This document shows positions 59,226 through 64,000 of a stretch of 64,000 nt of DNA, in pieces. The translations under genes were made by a program, and so were the position numbers. Source of the stretch: Zootoca vivipara (lineage: Eukaryota). The notes beneath the pieces are model-generated. The model searched no databases. It was not told where the DNA came from and saw only the letters and a program-made list of their open reading frames with translations. Numbering within the stretch: position 1 is the first letter of the stretch; each line of letters opens with the position of its first letter. The DNA lies in NCBI RefSeq assembly GCF_963506605.1, contig NC_083278.1:36580001-36644000 (forward strand), read 5' to 3'.

Positions 59226-61799
59226 AACCACAGTATCAAACTTTATCAAACCACAGTTCCCAGGATGTGAGTGCTTTTAATGTGTTGTAAATGTATGGTT
59301 TGTAGTATGCAGCCAGTATCCCTTCCAGCCCCACCTGGCTCACACTTCCCTTTTGTTCAAGGCACAATCCTTGGGAGTAAGCCACACTGAATATATGGGA
59401 TTTATGTCTGAGTAGACGTGCCTAGGAATTGGACTGTTAATCTCCATATGAACATCATTTCTGGCAACAGCACAAAATAGAGTCATTGGAATGAATGGGG
59501 CAAATTAATTTACTGCAAATCCGTTTTTATACATTAGCTTCCCTGACACTGTAGCCTGTAACTGGCTAACCACGGAAATCAACGGAGATGACCAACTTAA
59601 GTCCATTAATTTCAGTTCGGCAAATGCAATGCTTGGTCTTGGTTAACCTGCTTCAACCACAAATGCAATGATCAACATTATCTCCTTAGCAGGACTATAA
59701 CAGGACAAGGAGGAACTGTATACCTGGTGCCTCTGGCTGATGCCTCAATCTAGGAAGGAGGAAGTTAAAACAGAAAGGGATGTAGAGTATCCACAAGAAG
59801 CTATGGGGAAAAGGAAGGAGCAGTACAACATTGATTCCTAGCACTGGCAAATGGATAGGAGGCACTCTGCCTTCTGGTCCAATCAAAGTGCTTGCTGGAA
59901 AGGTGCCAGGGAGGATGTTCTGCATCCTCTGGAAACAATGTGTACCTTTCATGGTGAGTAGAGGCTGCCTATAATATATAATTAAGACAGAAGAGAAGAA
60001 GTCTGATCCAGAACCTCAATTTATTCATTATCATTCTGCTGGCTAGGGTCATTTAGATTACATGGAAATGCCTCCATTTCCTTACCACATAAAATTCCAG
60101 CAGTTATGCAATGTGCCTTTCTATTCTAGAGGCATTTGTAAGAAGCCAGTAACACTTTTATTGCAAAATGGATCACTTCCTCTCTGCTGATTTGTTTTTT
60201 CCTAGAAATATGGCATTCCCACAGAAAGGACAAGTGACGTGATTGTTTGACAATTGGCAAAAGTCACTTGAAAATGTCAGTATCCAAAAAACTAAGTATG
60301 CAAAATTTAAATAATGCATGAGACAGCACTAAATCTCCTAAGCAGACACAGAGTCTCTTTGTCTGGTGCAAGCCCTTTGCGACTCAAAACATGTACGTAA
60401 CGTTCCTATGTTATGCTAAAAACTTCATTGTAAAGAAATGTCACTTGTGCTGGTACCGATTCAATCTGTAGGAGGTCCACAATCTCTAGAACATTTTTAA
60501 TTAACTGTGAGAATATCAGAAGAATACAGAATATCTAGAGATAGATAACTCTCTACAATTAAAAAGGCATGCTGAAAAAAAAATATCTAACTAAAACATA
60601 AAATATGATGAGATCTTTTGCAAAAGAGTAAGTCTTTGAATGTTGCAGTTCTCACAGTTTATCCTATTTAAAAAGAAGGGTGCTATTTCCTTCAGCATTG
60701 GAGGAATAAATCATTATTCAGTTTTATGTGGGAAAAGGAAGAATTATCCAATATTTACAGAGAGATGCATTGGACTCTTGTAACTTTGTTAAACTGAGTT
60801 TTGTAACCTCAGAAGGCTAAATGCATTTGCCAAAGGTAGTCTACATCATCTCCTGGAATAAACTAGCTCAAAACACATCAACGTTTACCTACAAAAACTA
60901 CAATGTGTATTAATTTCATTTCAAAACAGAATGCAGTTGTTCACAAAACAAGTATAAAATGTTTGGGTGCTTGTTCTGCTGACTTGCTTTGAATGACATG
61001 GAGTACTTTAAATGGTAAATTAGTTCCTCTGCTTTGATCAGTTATTCTGAGGCCCTGATATCTAATATTTGCAATATTTTTAAAACTATGTTGGAATATT
61101 ATTATTTTCAGACATAGGTCGGTTGTCATGTTTCAAAGAATGGTTATGCAAATTGCAATTAATAGTACCTATAGTTTCTGTCAGAAGCCCCCCCCCCCAT
61201 TGCAGTAATAATAATCCTATATTCTGTTTAAATTAATCTATTTAACAGATATAGTATACACCATGTTCTTGTCATTTGACATTAATACCACAAGGCAAAC
61301 AAGTTAGCTCTTGCCAAAACTGCTCTTACCACCTCCTCTCCATGGGAAAAACAGATTACAAAAACAGTAGCTCTCAGAAAAAGTTGATTGTTAGCCATCT
61401 ACTGGATTTCCATTCATTACAATTGCTGTGTTTATCATTATGTTTTATTTCTAGTGTATGACCCATGGTTTTGGCTCAGGCTATGAAAAAAAGGGGGAAA
61501 TGAAAACTCCAAGGGGGGTTGGGGCATAGGAAGGAGAATGATGAGGTGAAATATTCCAATTCATTTGTAAGCTAACTATGCCAAAATATGAAATTGATCC
61601 AGCACCAACAATTGCAAGGAAAAGCAATAAGTAGCTTTGAAGAAAACCAATATGGTATTATATGGCAGTGCATCTGCCATATAATAACAACAATTCTATG
61701 TTCCATTTCAGGATGAAATCTTAGTATTGGTTACATGAAGGATGTGTGTCAGGTACAATGTAGTCCTCCTGGTGGACCATTGGCCAATTTCTGGTAGAT

Positions 61800-61935
61800 C
61801 AGGGTTTCCCAAATTTGGGTCTCCAGCTGTTTTTGGACTACAGCTCCCATCATTCCTAGCTAGCAGGACCAGTGGTTAGGGATGATGGGAATTGTAGTCC
61901 AAAAACAGCTGGAGACCCAACTTTGGGGAACCCTG
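61800..61935. mobile_element. hAT MITE
   Basis: CAGGGTTTCCCAAA..GGGTCTCCAGCTGTTTTTGGACTACA / TGTAGTCCAAAAACAGCTGGAGACCC..GGGAACCCTG; TSD 6/8. Confidence 0.85.
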
Positions 61936-62024
61936 TAGTAGAGCTTCTAGCTAGCAGCTGCCGGTTACTGGGATTTCTGCAGAGTCTTGAACTCTATGAA
62001 CTTTAATCTGATTTCCAGCATGAG

Positions 62025-62522
62025 GCATCACTTTCATCCAGTGTGCCGTGGCACCCTGGGGTGCCTTTAATGATGGTCAGGGGTGCTGTGGGCAACACTG
62101 GCCTCTGTCCCTCTTTTCTTCCATCCCTCCTCTGATGCCCTCTTGCATCTCTGCCTCCCAAAGGTTTACAGAGCTGTTGGTTGCAGCAGCCCAGGCTACA
62201 AGCTCCCCAGGTGAATGGTGCCTCTTGGGCTGAGTAGGTGGTGCTTTCCAGGCCCCTGTGGAGCAGTGCGAGGAGGCACCTCTCTTTGGGGCAGCAGGGG
62301 CAGCTCAGAGACCAGGGGCAGCAGCAGTAGCTGTCTGGAGGACTCCCAAGGGGAGGGGAGAGGTGGCTGAGGGAACACTCCACAAGGGAGAGTGTTCGAA
62401 AAAGGGTGCGATAACAGGCAAGGGGTGACATAACTGGACTCCTGAGCCCCACAGGGGTGCTGCAAAAAGAATGATGTAGTTGGTCAAGGGAGCCACAGAC
62501 TCAAAAAGTTAGAAAACGTCTG
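62025..62522. mobile_element. Probable old hAT (Charlie-like) non-autonomous element
   Basis: Subterminal GTGTGCCGTGGCACCCTGGGGTGCC and GGGAGCCACAG..AAAAAGTTAGAAAACGTCTG ends; GC-rich interior. Confidence 0.45.
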
Positions 62523-62674
62523 CCTTACGCAAGAACGTACAATCAGGATCACTTAACATTGTTATGCCTTAACTATTAACAGACCCTGAGAACACACTCT
62601 TTATACATTTAAAACACATTGCTTTTAGCAGCTTCTAACTCCCAGACAGTGAGCAGCTTCCAGGAAACATAATA

Positions 62675-63095
62675 CAGTAGTACGGTACCTTGGTTTGAGT
62701 ACAGTGGTACCTCGGGTTACGAACATGATCCGTTCCGGGACGCAGTTCGTAACCTGAAATGGTCATCACTCGAAGCGCCATTTTGCGCATGCACAAAGCG
62801 CAATTTTCTGCGATTTTTGCACTTTGCGCATGCGCAAAGCACACGCACCGCTTCTGCGCATGCACAGAACGCACACGTGGCGAAAATACTTCCGGGTTTG
62901 CGGAGTTCGTAACCCGAGGTACGACTGTACACAATTGGTTCCAGAAGTCTGTACTTAACCTGAAGCGTACTTAACCTGAAGCGAACTTTCCCATTGAAAG
63001 TAATGGGAAGTGGATTAATCCGTTCCAGATGGGTCCGCGGAGTACTTAAACTGAAAGTACTCAAACTGAAGCATACTTAAACCGAGGTATGACTG
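62675..63095. mobile_element. Tc1/mariner MITE (outer, interrupted)
   Basis: Left TA|CAGT..GGTACCTTGGTTTGAGTA and right TACTTAAACCGAGGTATGACTG|TA; internal GTACTTAACCTGAAGC repeats. Confidence 0.8.
62702..62927. mobile_element. Tc1/mariner MITE (inner, nested)
   Basis: 23-bp TIRs CAGTGGTACCTCGGGTTACGAAC / GTTCGTAACCCGAGGTACGACTG (1 mismatch) with TA TSD. Confidence 0.9.
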
Positions 63096-63692
63096 TAATA
63101 TTCTTGGGCTGGGGAACAAAGTTATATTAGGGCCTAGGTGGGTAGACAAAGAATGCAGACCAAGTCCCATACTATGGGGTGAATTAGAAGCGCTATAGAG
63201 TAAGTTTGTGTGTTACTCTGTGGGGTCAGTACAGAGATCTAAAAGTTCAGCTGCTGTAACATGGATCACTCTTACAAAGGTATGCATCATTTGTCCATGA
63301 AGCCAGAGAGCCAGGGATACCGTTTCAAGTTTCAATAGTGAAGAGTAAAGAGTTTTCAGTGTTGGGTAAGACAAGATGCATAGCTAGTTAGGAACATAAG
63401 CAACTATAGATAGAAATGTGACGTTGTGCAACAATGGCCTCTGGGAAATTATGGAATTCCAAGCAGTCACCTTCCACTAAACTAAACTTTATGTTAAATG
63501 AATTATGGCAGTGGGTGGTATCCAACAAATCAATTCCATTAGCACACAGACTTATGACGGCACACTGGATAATCCTTTCCTTCCCACATTCCCTAAACAG
63601 AGGGAGGGAAAGTTGTGTTGCGCTAACAGAAATCCTTGCACTAACAGAACTGGTTCACTGATACCGCCCAGTGTTTTCCACCAGTTGGGCTT

Positions 63693-63892
63693 NNNNNNNN
63701 NNNNNNNNNNNNNNNNNNNNNNNNNNNNNNNNNNNNNNNNNNNNNNNNNNNNNNNNNNNNNNNNNNNNNNNNNNNNNNNNNNNNNNNNNNNNNNNNNNNN
63801 NNNNNNNNNNNNNNNNNNNNNNNNNNNNNNNNNNNNNNNNNNNNNNNNNNNNNNNNNNNNNNNNNNNNNNNNNNNNNNNNNNNNNNNNNNNN
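63693..63892. other. Assembly gap (200 N)
   Basis: Run of exactly 200 N, likely a placeholder of unknown true size. Confidence 0.99.
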
Positions 63893-64000
63893 ACATTTTG
63901 TTTTTTATGTGCTCAGCCAGAACTCTGTTCACTTTTCATCATAAAACAATCCAGAAGCAAAAGCTTATCAAGAGCTCCAAAAATTCAGCTACAACATATT

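Noticed and set aside
61661-61680. CAGTGC as an iron-responsive element loop
   Set aside because: Flanks do not form the 5-bp upper stem with bulged C, and the site is intronic and antisense.
1-64000. Intronic box C/D snoRNA on the gene strand
   Set aside because: I checked RTGATGA/CTGA pairs by eye and found none with suitable spacing and a terminal stem. A snoscan or Rfam run would be needed to exclude one.

Overview
Vertebrate genomic DNA from a squamate reptile, probably a lacertid lizard (inferred from Sauria SINEs and other squamate-type repeats). The whole window lies inside the collagen XII alpha-1 gene (COL12A1) on the minus strand. I traced 45 consecutive GT-AG coding exons from 55112 down to 1603. 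They total 5,822 nt with consistent splice phases and no stops. Exons are labelled 14-58 from my recall of human numbering. They encode FN3 repeats 6-8, vWA3, FN3 repeats 9-18, a Pro/Thr linker, vWA4, a TSPN/LamG-like domain, a Cys-rich junction and the start of the COL2 triple helix. Both gene ends lie outside the window, and there is a 200-N assembly gap at 63693-63892. The introns carry a Penelope-like element 3' end, Sauria SINEs, tRNA-Lys- and tRNA-Ile-headed SINEs with CR1-type tails, L2 and CR1 fragments, and hAT and Tc1/mariner MITEs. Best leads: (1) minimal Penelope-type hammerhead ribozymes, all antisense to the gene; (2) an inverted pair of highly similar full-length SINEs bracketing exons 29-37 (1,119 nt, phase 0 to 0), predicting a stop-free circRNA or an in-frame four-FN3 skip; (3) MITEs carrying NRF1/ETS/YY1 motifs; (4) a triple AP-1 cluster. 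No prokaryotic-type system was seen. The functional claims are hypotheses.
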